Part shown: piece by piece, positions 14,560 to 28,300 of the stretch | How the letters are laid out: each line of letters begins with the position of its first letter | Position numbering within the stretch: position 1 is the stretch's first letter | Origin: Eledone cirrhosa | Taxonomy: Eukaryota | DNA: 64,000 nt | Reading direction: 5' to 3' | Assembly (NCBI GenBank): GCA_964016885.1 | Contig: OZ024741.1 | Span: forward strand, 5,022,001 to 5,086,000 | The notes under the pieces: generated by a model | What the model saw: the letters and a program-made list of their open reading frames with translations, nothing else | Databases searched by the model: none | Told to the model about the DNA's origin: nothing | Position numbers and translations under genes: made by a program

Positions 14560-17500
14560 TAACAGGTGGGTGGGGGGTATGTTGAAACTGGACAGTTAAC
14601 CCTAAATTATAGTGTTTAGTGAATGTTAGAACGGTTTAGAAAGTGGGGGTTATGTTGAAACTGGACAGTTAACCCTAAATTATAGTGTTTAGTGAATGTT
14701 AGAACTGTTTAGAAGGTGGAGGGTATGTTGAAACTGGAGAGTTAGCCCTAAATTATAGTGTTTAGTGAATGTTAAAACTGTTTAGAAGGTGGGGTATGTT
14801 GAAACTGGAGAGTTAACCCTAAATTATAGTTTTTAGTGAATGTTAGAACTGTTTAGAAGGTGGGGGGTATGTTGAAACTGGACAGTTAACCCTAAATTAT
14901 AGTGTTTAGTGAATGTTAGAACGGTTTAGAAAGTGGGAGTTATGTTGAAACTAGAGAGTTAGCCCTAAATTATAGTGTTTAGTGAATGTTAAAACTGTTT
15001 AGAAGGTGGGGTATGTTGAAACTGGACAGTTAAGCCTAAATCAGTGTTTAGTGAATGTTAGAACTGTTTAGAAGGTGGGGGTATGTTGAAACTGGAGAGT
15101 TAACCCTAAATTATAGTGTTTAGTGAATGTTAGAACTGTTTAGAAGTTGGGTGGGGGGTATGTTGAAACTGGACAGTTGTCCCTAAATTATAGTGTTTAG
15201 TGAATGTTAGAACGGTTTTGACAATGTGGGGGTTATGTTGAAACTGGACAGTTACCCCTAAATTATAGTGTTTAGTGAATGTTAGAACTGTTTAGAAGGT
15301 GGAGGGTATGTTGAAACTGGAGTTAGCCCTAAATTATAGTGTTTAGTGAATATTATAACTGTTTAGAAGGTGGGGGTATGTTGAAACTGGAGAGTTAGCC
15401 CTAAATTATAGTGTTTAGTGAATGTTAAAACTGTTTAGAAGGTGGGGTATGTTGAAACTGGACAGTTAAGCCTAAATCAGTGTTTAGTGAATGTTAGAAC
15501 TGTTTAGAAGGTGGGGGTATGTTGAAACTGGAGAGTTAACCCTAAATTATAGTGTTTAGTGAATGTTAGAACTGTTTAGAAGGTGGGGGATATGTTGAAT
15601 CTGGAGAGTTAGCCCTAAATTATAGTGATTAGTGAATGTTAGAACTGTTTAGAAGGTGGAGGGTATGTTGAAACTGGACAGTTAACCCTAAATTATAGTG
15701 TTTTGTGAATGTTAGAACCGTTTAGAAGGTGGGGGGTATGTTGAAACTGGAGAGTTAGCCCCAAATGATAGTGTTTAGTGAATGTTAGAACTGTTTAGAA
15801 TGTGGGTGGGGGGTATGTTGAAACTGGACAGTTAACCCTAAATTATAGCGTTTAGTGAATGTTAGAACGGTTTAGAAAGTGGGGGTTATGTTGAAACTGG
15901 ACAGTTAAGCCTAAATTATAGTGTTTTGTGAATGTTAGAACCGTTTAGAAGGTGGGGGGTATGTTGAAACTGGAGAGTTAGCCCCAAATGATAGTGTTTA
16001 GTGAATGTTAGAACTGTTTAGAATGTGGGTGGGGGGTATGTTGAAACTGGACAGTTAACCCTAAATTATAGTGTTTAGTGAATGTTAGAACGGTTTAGAA
16101 AGTGGGGGTTATGTTGAAACTGGACAGTTAACCCTAAATTATAGTGTTTAGTGAATGTTAGAACTGTTTAGAAGGTGGAGGGTATGTTGAAACTGGAGAG
16201 TTAGCCCTAAATTATAGTGTTTAGTGAATGTTAAAACTGTTTAGAAGGTGGGGTATGTTGAAACTGGAGAGTTAACCCTAAATTATAGTTTTTAGTGAAT
16301 GTTAGAACTGTTTAGAAGGTGGGGGGTATGTTGAAACTGGACAGTTAACCCTAAATTATAGTGTTTAGTGAATGTTAGAACGGTTTAGAAAGTGGGAGTT
16401 ATGTTGAAACTAGAGAGTTAGCCCTAAATTATAGTGTTTAGTGAATGTTAAAACTGTTTAGAAGGTGGGGTATGTTGAAACTGGACAGTTAAGCCTAAAT
16501 CAGTGTTTAGTGAATGTTAGAACTGTTTAGAAGGTGGGGGTATGTTGAAACTGGAGAGTTAACCCTAAATTATAGTGTTTAGTGAATGTTAGAACTGTTT
16601 AGAAGTTGGGTGGGGGGTATGTTGAAACTGGACAGTTGTCCCTAAATTATAGTGTTTAGTGAATGTTAGAACGGTTTTGACAATGTGGGGGTTATGTTGA
16701 AACTGGACAGTTACCCCTAAATTATAGTGTTTAGTGAATGTTAGAACTGTTTAGAAGGTGGAGGGTATGTTGAAACTGGAGTTAGCCCTAAATTATAGTG
16801 TTTAGTGAATATTATAACTGTTTAGGTGGGGGTATGTTGAAACTGGAGAGTTAGCCCTAAATTATAGTTTAGTGAATGTTAGAACTGTTTAGAAGGTGGG
16901 GGTATGTTGAAACTGGAGAGTTAGCCCTAAATTATAGTGTTTAGTGAATGTTAAAACTGTTTAGAAGGTGGGGTATGTTGAAACTGGACAGTTAAGCCTA
17001 AATCAGTGTTTAGTGAATGTTAGAACTGTTTAGAAGGTGGGGGTATGTTGAAACTGGAGAGTTAACCCTAAATTATAGTGTTTAGTGAATGTTAGAACTG
17101 TTTAGAAGGTGGGGGATATGTTGAATCTGGAGAGTTAGCCCTAAATTATAGTGATTAGTGAATGTTAGAACTGTTTAGAAGGTGGAGGGTATGTTGAAAC
17201 TGGACAGTTAACCCTAAATTAGTGTTTTGTGAATGTTAGAACCGTTTAGAAGGTGGGGGGTATGTTGAAACTGGAGAGTTAGCCCCAAATGATAGTGTTT
17301 AGTGAATGTTAGAACTGTTTAGAATGTGGGTGGGGGGTATGTTGAAACTGGACAGTTAACCCTAAATTATAGCGTTTAGTGAATGTTAGAACGGTTTAGA
17401 AAGTGGGAGTTATGTTGAAACTGGACAGTTAAGCCTAAATTATAGTGTTTTGTGAATGTTAGAACCGTTTAGAAGGTGGGGGGTATGTTGAAACTGGAGA

Positions 17501-17620
17501 GTTAGCCCCAAATGATAGTGTTTAGTGAATGTTAGAACTGTTTAGAATGTGGGTGGGGGGTATGTTGAAACTGGACAGTTAACCCTAAATTATAGCGTTT
17601 AGTGAATGTTAGAACGGTTT
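14560..17620. repeat. ~20-21-monomer duplication (~1459-1526 bp) with an internal 3-monomer duplication
   Basis: CTAGAGAG at 14951 and 16410 (1459). GTGATT at 15625 and 17151 (1526, one extra monomer). GTTTTGTG/CCCCAAATG is doubled inside each copy. Boundaries are approximate. Confidence 0.75.
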
Positions 17621-18666
17621 AGGTGGGGAGTATGTTGAAACTGGAGAGTTAGGCCTAAATTATTGTGTTTAGTGAATGTTAGAACTGTTTAGAAGGTGGA
17701 GGGTATGTTGAAACTGGAGAGTTAGCCCTAAATGATAGTGTTTAGTGAATGGTAAAATTGTTTAGGTGGGGGTATGTTGAAACTGGAGAGTTAGCCCTAA
17801 ATTATAGTGTTTAGTGAATGTTAGAACTGTTTAGAAGGTGGGTGGGGGGTATGTTGAAACTGGACAGTTAACCCTAAATTATAGTGTTTAGTGAATGTTA
17901 AAACTGTTTAGATGGTGGGGGTATGTTGAAACTGGACAGTTAAGCCTAAATTATAGTGTTTAGTGAATGTTAGAACTGTTTAGAAGGTGGGGTTTATGTT
18001 GAAACTGGAGAGTTAGCCCTAAATTATAGTGTTTAGAGAATGTTAGAACTGTTTAGAAGGTGGGGCTATGTTGAAACTGGAGAGTTAGCCCTAAATTATA
18101 GTGTTTAGTGAATGTTAGAACTGTTTAGAAGGTGGCGAGTATGTTGAAACTGGAGAGTTAGCCCTATATTATAGTGTTTAGTGAATGTTAAAACTGTTTA
18201 GAAGGTGGGGGTATGTTGAAACTGGAGAGTTAGCCCTATATTATAGTGTTTAGTGAATGTTAAAACTGTTTAGAAGGTGGGGCTATGTTGAAACTGGAGA
18301 GTTAGCCCTATATTATAGTGTTTAGTGAATGTTAAAACTGTTTAGAAGGTGGGGGTATGTTGAAACTGGAGAGTTAGCCCTATATTATAGTGTTTAGTGA
18401 ATGTTAAAACTGTTTAGAAGGTGGGGGTATGTTGAAACTGGACAGTTAACCCTAAATTATAGTGTTTAGTGAATGTTAGAACTGTTTAGAAGGTGGGGGG
18501 TATGTTGAATCTGGAGAGTTAGCCCTAAATTATAGTGTTTAGTGAATGTTAGAACTGTTTAGAAGGTGGAGGGTATGTTGAAACTGGACAGTTAAGCCTA
18601 AATCAGTGTTTAGTGAATGTTAGAACTGTTTAGAAGGTGGGGGTATGTTGAAACTGGAGAGTCAAC

Positions 18667-21600
18667 CCTAAATTATAGTGTTTAGTGAATGTTAGAACTG
18701 TTTAGAAGGTGGGGGATATGTTGAATCTGGAGAGTTAGCCCTAAATTATAGTGTTTAGTGAATGTTAGAACTGTTTAGAAGGTGGGGGGTATGTTGAATC
18801 TGGAGAGTTAGGCCTAAATTATTGTGTTTAGTGAATGTTAGAACTGTTTAGAAGGTGGAGGGTATGTTGAAACTGGAGAGTTAGCCCTAAATGATAGTGT
18901 TTAGTGAATGTTAGAACTGTTTAGAAGGTGGGGGTATGTTGAAACTGGTCAGTTAACCCTAAATTATAGTGTTTGGTGAATATTAAACTGTTTAGAAGGT
19001 GGGGGTATGTTGAAACTGGACAGTTATCCTTAAATTATAGTGTTTAGTGAATGTGAGACTGTTTAGAAGTTGGGTGGAGGGTATGTTGAAACTGGACAGT
19101 TAACCCTAAATTATAGTGTTTAGTGAATGTTAGAACCGTTTAGAAGGTGCGGGGTATGCTGAATCTGGAGAGTTAGCCCTAAATTATAGTGTTTAGTGAA
19201 TGTTACAACTGTTTAGAAGGTGGGGTATGTTGAAACTGGAGAGTTAACCCTAAATTATAGTGTTTAGTTAATTTTAGAACTGTTTAGAAGGTGGGGGTAT
19301 GTTGAATCTGGAGTTAGCCCTAAATTATAGTGTTTAGTGAGGTTAGAACTGTTTAGAAGGTGGAGGGTAGGTTGAAACTGGAGAGTTAGCCCTAAATTAT
19401 AGTGTTTAGTGAATATTAAAACTGTTTACGTGGGGGTATGTTGAAACTGGAGAGTTAGCCCTAAATTATAGTGTTTAGTGAATGTTAGAACTGTTTAGAA
19501 GGTGGGGGTATGTTTAAACTGGAGAGTTAGCCCTAAATTATAGTGTTTAGTAAATGTTAACACTGTTTAGAACGTGGGGTATGTTGAAACTGGACAGTTA
19601 AGCATAAATCAGTGTTTAGTGAATGTTAGAACTGTTTAGAAGGTGGGGGTATGTTGAAACTGGAGAGTTAGCCCTAAATTATAGTGTTTAGTGAATGTTT
19701 GAACTGTTTAGAAGGTGGGGGATATGCTGAATCTGGAGAGTTAGCCCTAAATTATAGTGTTTAGTGAATGTTAGAACTGTTTAGAAGGTGGGGGGTATGT
19801 TGAATCTGGAGAGTTAGCCCTAAATTATAGTGTTTAGTGAATGTTAGAACTGTTTAGAAGTTGGGTGGGGGGTATGTTGAAACTGGACAGTTGTCCCTAA
19901 ATTATAGTGTTTAGTGAATGTTAGAACGGTTTTGACAATGTGGGGGTTATGTTGAAACTGGACAGTTACCCCTAAATTATAGTGTTTAGTGAATGTTAGA
20001 ACTGTTTAGAAGGTGGGGGTATGTTGAAACTGGACAGTTAACCCTAAATTATAGTGTTTGGTGAATATTAAACTGTTTAGAAGGTGGGGGTATGTTGAAA
20101 CTGGACAGTTATCCTTAAATTATAGTGTTTAGTGAATGTGAGACTGTTTAGAAGTTGGGTGGAGGGTATGTTGAAACTGGACAGTTAACCCTAAATTATA
20201 GTGTTTAGTGAATGTTAGAACCGTTTAGAAGGTGCGGGGTATGCTGAATCTGGAGAGTTAGCCTTAAATTATAGTGTTTAGTGAATGTTAGAACTGTTTA
20301 GGTGGGGGTATGTTGAAACTGGAGAGTTAGCCCTAAATTATAGTGTTTAGTGAATGTTACAACTGTTTAGAAGGTGGGGTATGTTGAAACTGGAGAGTTA
20401 ACCCTAAATTATAGTGTTTAGTGAATGTTAGAACTGTTTAGAAGGTGGGGGATATGTTGAATCTGGAGAGTTAGCCCTAAATTATAGTGTTTAGTGAATG
20501 TTAGAACTGTTTAGAAGGTGGGGGTATGTTGAATCTGGAGAGTTAGCCCTAAATTATAGTGTTTAGTGAATGTTAGAACTGTTTAGAAGGTGGAGGGTAT
20601 GTTGAAACTGGAGAGTTAGCCCTAAATTATAGTGTTTAGTGAATGTTATAACTCTTTAGAAGGTGGGGGTATGTTGAAACTGGAGAGTTAGCCCTAAATG
20701 ATAGTGTTTAGTGAATGTTAGAACTATTTAGAAGGTGGGTGGGGGGTATGTTGAAACTGGACAGTTAACCCTAAATTATAGTGTTTAGTGATTGTTAGAA
20801 CCGTTTAGAAGGTGGGGGGGGGGGTATGTTGTAACTGGGCAGTTAACCCTAAATTATAGTGTTTAGTGAATGTTAGAACCGTTTAGAAGGTGGGGGGTAT
20901 GTTGAAACTGGAGAGTTAGCCCTAAATGATAGTGTTTAATGAATGTTAGAACTGTTTAGAAGGTGGGTGGGGGGTATGTTGAAACTGGACAGTTAACCCT
21001 AAATTATAGTGTTTAGTGAATGTTAGAACGGTTTAGAAAGTGGGGGTTATGTTGAAACTGGACAGTTAACCCTAAATTATAGTGTTTAGTGAATGGTAGA
21101 ACTGTTTAGAAGTCGGGTGGAGGGTATGTTGAAACTGGAGATTTAGCCCTAAATTATAGTGTTTAGTGAATGTTAAAACTGTTTAGAAGGTGGGGTATGT
21201 TGAAACTGGAGAGTTAACTCTAAATTATAGTTTTTAGTGAATGTTAGAACTGTTTAGAAGGTAAGGGGTATGTTGAAACTGGGCAGTTAACCCTAAATTA
21301 AAGTGTTTTTTGAATGTTAGAACTGTTTAGAAGTCGGGTGGAGGGTATGTTGAAACTGGACAGTTGACCCTAAATTATAGTGTTTAGTGAATGTTAGAAC
21401 TGTTTAGAAGGTGGAGGGTATGTTGAAACTGGACAGTTGACCCTAAATTATAGTGTTTAGTGAATGTTAGAACTGTTTAGAATGTGGGGGGGGGGATGTT
21501 GAAACTGAAGAGATAGCCCTAAATTATAGTTTAGTGAATGTTAGAACTGTTTAGAAGGTGGGGGGTATGTTGAATCTGGAGAGTTAGCCCTAAATTATAG

Positions 21601-24600
21601 TGTTTAGTGAATGTTAGAACTGTTTAGAAGGTGGAGGGCAATGTTGAAACTGGAGAGTTAGCCCTAAATTATAGTGTTTAGTGAATGTTAGAACTGTTTA
21701 GAAGGTGGGAGTATGTTGAAACTGGAGAGTTAGCCCTAAATGATAGTGTTTAGTGAATGTTAGAACTGTTTAGAAGATGGGTGGGGGGTATGTTGAAACT
21801 GGACAGTTAACCCTAAATTATAGTGTTTTTTGAATGTTAGAACTGTTTAGAAGTCGGGTGGAGGGTATGTTGAAACTGGACAGTTAACCCTAAATTATAG
21901 TGTTTGGTGAATGTTAAACTGTTTAGAACGTGGGGGTATGTTGAAACTGGACAGTTAACCCTAAATTAGTGTTTAGTGAACGTTAGAACGGTTTAGAAAG
22001 TGGGGGTTATGTTGAAACTGGACAGTTAAGCCTAAATTATAGTGTTTAGTGAATGTTAGAACTGTTTAGAAGGTGGGGGATATGTTGAATCTGGAGAGTT
22101 AGCCCTAAATTATAGTGTTTAGTGAATGTTAGAACTGTTTAGAAGGTGGGGGGTATGTTGAATCTGGAGAGTTAGGCCTAAATTATTGTGTTTAGTGAAT
22201 GTTAGAACTGTTTAGAAGGTGGAGGGTATGTTGAAACTGGAGAGTTAGCCCTAAATGATAGTGTTTAGTGAATGTTAGAACTGTTTAGAAGGTGGGGGTA
22301 TGTTGAAACTGGACAGTTAACCCTAAATTATAGTGTTTGGTGAATATTAAACTGTTTAGAAGGTGGGGGTATGTTGAGACTGGACAGTTATCCTTAAATT
22401 ATAGTGTTTAGTGAATGTGAGACTGTTTAGAAGTTGGGTGGAGGGTATGTTGAAACTGGACAGTTAACCCTAAATTATAGTGTTTAGTGAATGTTAGAAC
22501 CGTTTAGAAGGTGCGGGGTATGCTGAATCTGGAGAGTTAGCCCTAAATTATAGTGTTTAGTGAATGTTACAACTGTTTAGAAGGTGGGGTATGTTGAAAC
22601 TGGAGAGTTAACCCTAAATTATAGTGTTTAGTTAATTTTAGAACTGTTTAGAAGGTGGGGGTATGTTGAATCTGGAGTTAGCCCTAAATTATAGTGTTTA
22701 GTGAGGTTAGAACTGTTTAGAAGGTGGAGGGTAGGTTGAAACTGGAGAGTTAGCCCTAAATTATAGTGTTTAGTGAATATTAAAACTGTTTACGTGGGGG
22801 TATGTTGAAACTGGAGAATTAGCCCTAAATTATAGTGTTTAGTGAATGTTAGAACTGTTTAGAAGGTGGGGGTATGTTTAAACTGGAGAGTTAGCCCTAA
22901 ATTATAGTGTTTAGTAAATGTTAACACTGTTTAGAACGTGGGGTATGTTGAAACTGGACAGTTAAGCATAAATCAGTGTTTCGTGAATGTTAGAACTGTT
23001 TAGAAGGTGGGGGTATGTTGAAACTGGAGAGTTAGCCCTAAATTATAGTGTTTAGTGAATGTTTGAACTGTTTAGAAGGTGGGGGATATGCTGAATCTGG
23101 AGAGTTAGCCCTAAATTATAGTGTTTAGTGAATGTTAGAACTGTTTAGAAGGTGGGGGGTATGTTGAATCTGGAGAGTTAGCCCTAAATTATAGTGTTTA
23201 GTGAATGTTAGAACTGTTTAGAAGTTGGGTGGGGGGTATGTTGAAACTGGACAGTTGTCCCTAAATTATAGTGTTTAGTGAATGTTAGAACGGTTTTGAC
23301 AATGTGGTGGTTATGTTGAAACTGGACAGTTACCCCTAAATTATAGTGTTTAGTGAATGTTAGAACTGTTTAGAAGGTGGGGGTATGTTGAAACTGGACA
23401 GTTAACCCTAAATTATAGTGTTTGGTGAATATTAAACTGTTTAGAAGGTGGGGGTATGTTGAAACTGGACAGTTATCCTTAAATTATAGTGTTTAGTGAA
23501 TGTGAGACTGTTTAGAAGTTGGGTGGAGGGTATGTTGAAACTGGACAGTTAACCCTAAATTATAGTGTTTAGTGAATGTTAGAACCGTTTAGAAGGTGCG
23601 GGGTATGCTGAATCTGGAGAGTTAGCCTTAAATTATAGTGTTTAGTGAATGTTAGAACTGTTTAGGTGGGGGTATGTTGAAACTGGAGAGTTAGCCCTAA
23701 ATTATAGTGTTTAGTGAATGTTACAACTGTTTAGAAGGTGGGGTATGTTGAAACTGGAGTGTTAACCCTAAATTATAGTGTTTAGTGAATGTTAGAACTG
23801 TTTAGAAGGTGGGGGATATGTTGAATCTGGAGAGTTAGCCCTAAATTATAGTGTTTAGTGAATGTTAGAACTGTTTAGAAGGTGGGGGTATGTTGAATCT
23901 GGAGAGTTAGCCCTAAATTATAGTGTTTAGTAAATGTTAGAACTGTTTAGAAGGTGGAGGGTATGTTGAAACTGGAGAGGTAGCCCTAAATTATAGTGTT
24001 TAGTGAATGTTATAACTCTTTAGAAGGTGGGGGTATGTTGAAACTGGAGAGTTAGCCCTAAATGATAGTGTTTAGTGAATGTTAGAACTATTTAGAAGGT
24101 GGGTGGGGGGTATGTTGAAACTGGACAGTTAACCCTAAATTATAGTGTTTAGTGATTGTTAGAACCGTTTAGAAGGTGGGGGGGGGGGGTATGTTGTAAC
24201 TGGGCAGTTAACCCTAAATTAGAGTGTTTAGTGAATGTTAGAACCGTTTAGAAGGTGGGGGGTATGTTGAAACTGGAGAGTTAGCCCTAAATGATAGTGT
24301 TTAATGAATGTTAGAACTGTTTAGAAGGTGGGTGGGGGGTATGTTGAAACTGGACAGTTAACCCTAAATTATAGTGTTTAGTGAATGTTAGAACGGTTTA
24401 GAAAGTGGGGGTTATGTTGAAACTGGACAGTTAACCCTAAATTATAGTGTTTAGTGAATGGTAGAACTGTTTAGAAGTCGGGTGGAGGGTATGTTGAAAC
24501 TGGAGAATTAGCCCTAAATTATAGTGTTTAGTGAATGTTAAAACTGTTTAGAAGGTGGGGTATGTTGAAACTGGAGAGTTAACTCTAAATTATAGTTTTT

Positions 24601-25331
24601 AGTGAATGTTAGAACTGTTTAGAAGGTGGGGGGTATGTTGAAACTGGGCAGTTAACCCTAAATTAAAGTGTTTTTTGAATGTTAGAACTGTTTAGAAGTC
24701 GGGTGGAGGGTATGTTGAAACTGGACAGTTGACCCTAAATTATAGTGTTTAGTGAATGTTAGAACTGTTTAGAAGGTGGAGGGTATGTTGAAACTGGACA
24801 GTTGACCCTAAATTATAGTGTTTAGTGAATGTTAGAACTGTTTAGAATGTGGGGGGGGATGTTGAAACTGAAGAGATAGCTCTAAATTATAGTTTAGTGA
24901 ATGTTAGAACTGTTTAGAAGGTGGGGGGTATGTTGAATCTGGAGAGTTAGCCCTAAATTATAGTGTTTAGTGAATGTTAGAACTGTTTAGAAGGTGGAGG
25001 GCAATGTTGAAACTGGAGAGTTAGCCCTAAATTATAGTGTTTAGTGAATGTTAGAACTGTTTAGAAGGTGGGAGTATGTTGAAACTGGAGAGTTAGCCCT
25101 AAATGATAGTGTTTAGTGAATGTTAGAACTGTTTAGAAGATGGGTGGGGGGTATGTTGAAACTGGACAGTTAACCCTAAATTATAGTGTTTTTTGAATGT
25201 TAGAACTGTTTAGAAGTCGGGTGGAGGGTATGTTGAAACTGGACAGTTAACCCTAAATTATAGTGTTTGGTGAATGTTAAACTGTTTAGAACGTGGGGGT
25301 ATGTTGAAACTGGACAGTTAACCCTAAATTA
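18667..25331. repeat. 3364-bp (~46-monomer) tandem duplication
   Basis: The TTTACG variant (ACG at 19428 and 22792), ACTCTTT at 20651 and 24015, and the paired AGCATAAATC and TTATTGTG variants all show a 3364 offset. Confidence 0.85.
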
Positions 25332-28300
25332 TAGTGTTTAGTGAATGTTAGAACCGTTTAGAAGGTGGTGGGGTATGTTGAATCTGGAGAGTTATCCCTA
25401 AATTATAGTGTTTAGTGAATGTTAGAACTGTTTAGAAGGTGGAGGGTATGTTGAAACTGGAGAGTTAGCCCTAAATGATAGTGTTTAGTGAATGTTAGAA
25501 CTGTTTAGATGGTGGGGTATGTTGAAACTGGAGAGTTAGCCCTAAATGATAGTGTTTAGTGAATGTTAGAACTGTTTAGAAGGTGGGTGGGGGGTATGTT
25601 GAAACTGGACAGTTAACCCTAAATTAGTGTTTAGTGAACGTTAGAACGGTTTAGAAAGTGGGGGTTATGTTGAAACTGGACAGTTAAGCCTAAATTATAG
25701 TGTTTAGTGAATGTTAGAACTGTTTAGAAGGTGGAGGGTATGTTGAAACTTGAGAGTTAGCCCTAAATTATAGTGTTTAGTGAATATTAACACTGTTTAG
25801 GTGGGGCGTATGTTGAAACTGGAGAGTTAGCCCTAAATGATAGTGTTTAGTGAATGTTAGAACTGTTTAGAAGGTGGGTGGGGGGTATGTTGAAACTGGG
25901 CAGTTAACCCTAAATTATAGTGTTTAGTGAATGTTAGAACCGTTTAGAAGGTTGGGGGGTATGTTGAAACTGGAGTTAGCCCTAAATGATAGTGTTTAGT
26001 GAATGTTAGAACTGTTTAACAGGTGGGTGGGGGGTATGTTGAAACTGGACAGTTAACCCTAAATTATAGTGTTTAGTGAATGTTAGAACGGTTTAGAAAG
26101 TGGGGGTTATGTTGAAACTGGACAGTTAACCCTAAATTATAGTGTTTAGTGAATGTTAGAACTGTTTAGAAGGTGGAGGGTGTGTTGAAACTGGAGAGTT
26201 AGCCCTAAATTATAGTGTTTAGTGAATGTTAAAACTGTTTAGAAGGTGGGGTATGTTGAAACTGGACAGTTAAGCCCAAATTATAGTGTTTAGTGAATGT
26301 TAGAACTGTTTAGGTGGGGGGTATGTTGAAACTGGAGAGTTAACCCTAAATGATAGTGTTTAGTGAATGTTAGAACTGTTTAACAGGTGGGTGGGGGGTA
26401 TGTTGAAACTGCACAGTTAACCCTAAATTATAGTGTTTAGTGAATGTTAGAACGGTTTAGAAAGTGGGGGTTATGTTGAAACTGGACAGTTAACCCTAAA
26501 TTATAGTGTTTAGTGAATGTTAAAACTGTTTAGAAGGTGGGGTATGTTGAAACTGGACAGTTAAGCCCAAATTATAGTGTTTAGTGAATGTTAGAACTGT
26601 TTAGGTGGGGGGTATGTTGAAACTGGAGAGTTAACCCTAAATTATAGTGTTTAGTGAATGTTAGAACTGTTTAGAAGTTGGGTGGGGGGTATGTTGAAAC
26701 TGGACAGTTGTCCCTAAATTATAGTGTTTAGTGAATGTTAGAACGGTTTTGACAATGTGGGGGTTATGTTGAAACTGGACAGTTACCCCTAAATTATAGT
26801 GTTTAGTGAATGTTAGAACTTTTTAGAAGGTGGAGGGTATGTTGAAACTGGAGAGTTAGCCCTAAATTATAGTGTTTAGTGAATATTATAACTGTTTAGG
26901 TGGGGGTATGTTGAAACTGGAGAGTTAGCCCTAAATTATAGTGTTTAGTGAATGTTAGAACTGTTTAGAAGGTGGGGGTATGTTGAAACTGGAGAGTTAG
27001 CCCTAAATTATAGTGTTTAGTGAATGTTAAAACTGTTTAGAAGGTGGGGTATGTTGAAACTGGACAGTTAAGCCTAAATCAGTGTTTAGTGAATGTTAGA
27101 ACCGTTTAGAAGGTGGGGGATATGTTGAATCTGGAGAGTTAGCCCTAAATTATAGTGATTAGTGAATGCTAGAACTGTTTAGAAGGTGGGGGGTATGTTG
27201 AATCTGGAGAGTTAGCCCTAAATTATAGAGTTTAGTGAATGTTAGAACTGTTTAGAAGGTGGAGGGTATGTTGAAACTGGACAGTTAACCCTAAATTATA
27301 GTGTTTTGTGAATGTTAGAACCGTTTAGAAGGTGGGGGGTATGTTGAAACTGGAGAGTTAGCCCCAAATGATAGTGTTTAGTGAATGTTAGAACTGTTTA
27401 GAATGTGGGTGGGGGGTATGTTGAAACTGGACAGTTAACCCTAAATTATAGCGTTTAGTGAATGTTAGAACGGTTTAGAAAGTGGGGGTTATGTTGAAAC
27501 TGGACAGTTAAGTCTAAATTATAGTGTTTAGTGAATGGTAAAATTGTTTAGAAGGTGGGGTATGTTGAAACTGGACACTTAACCCTAAATTATAGTGTTT
27601 AGTGAATGGTAAAATTGTTTAGAAGGTGGGGTATGTTGAAACTGGACAGTTAACCCTAAATTATAGTGTTTAGTGAATGGTAAAATTGTTTAGGTGGGGG
27701 TATGTTGAAACTGGAGAGTTAGCCCTAAATTATAGTGTTTAGTGAATGTTAGAACTGTTTAGAAGGTGGGTGGGGGGTATGTTGAAACTGGACAGTTAAC
27801 CCTAAATTATAGTGTTTAGTGAATGTTAAAACTGTTTAGATGGTGGGGGTATGTTGAAACTGGAGAATTAACCCTAAATTATAGTGTTTAGTGAATGTTA
27901 GAACTGTTTAGAAGGTGGGGGGTATGTTGAAACTGGACAGTTAAGCCTAAATTATAGTGTTGAGTGAATGTTAAAACTGTTTAGGTGGCGGTATGTTGAA
28001 ACTGGACAGTTAGCCCTAAATTATAGTGTTTAGTGAATATTAAAACTGTTTAGAAGGTGGGGGGGTATGTTGAATCTGGAAAGTTAACCCTAAATTATAG
28101 TGTTTAGTGAATGGTAAAACTGTTTAGAAGGTGGGGTATGTTGAAACTGGACAGTTAACCCTAAATTATAGTGTTTAGTGAATGTTAGAACTGTTTAGGT
28201 GGGGGTATGTTGAAACTGGAGAGTTAGCCCTAAATTATAGTGTTTAGTGAATGTTAGAACTGTTTAGAAGGTGGGGTTTATGTTGAAACTGGAGAGTTAG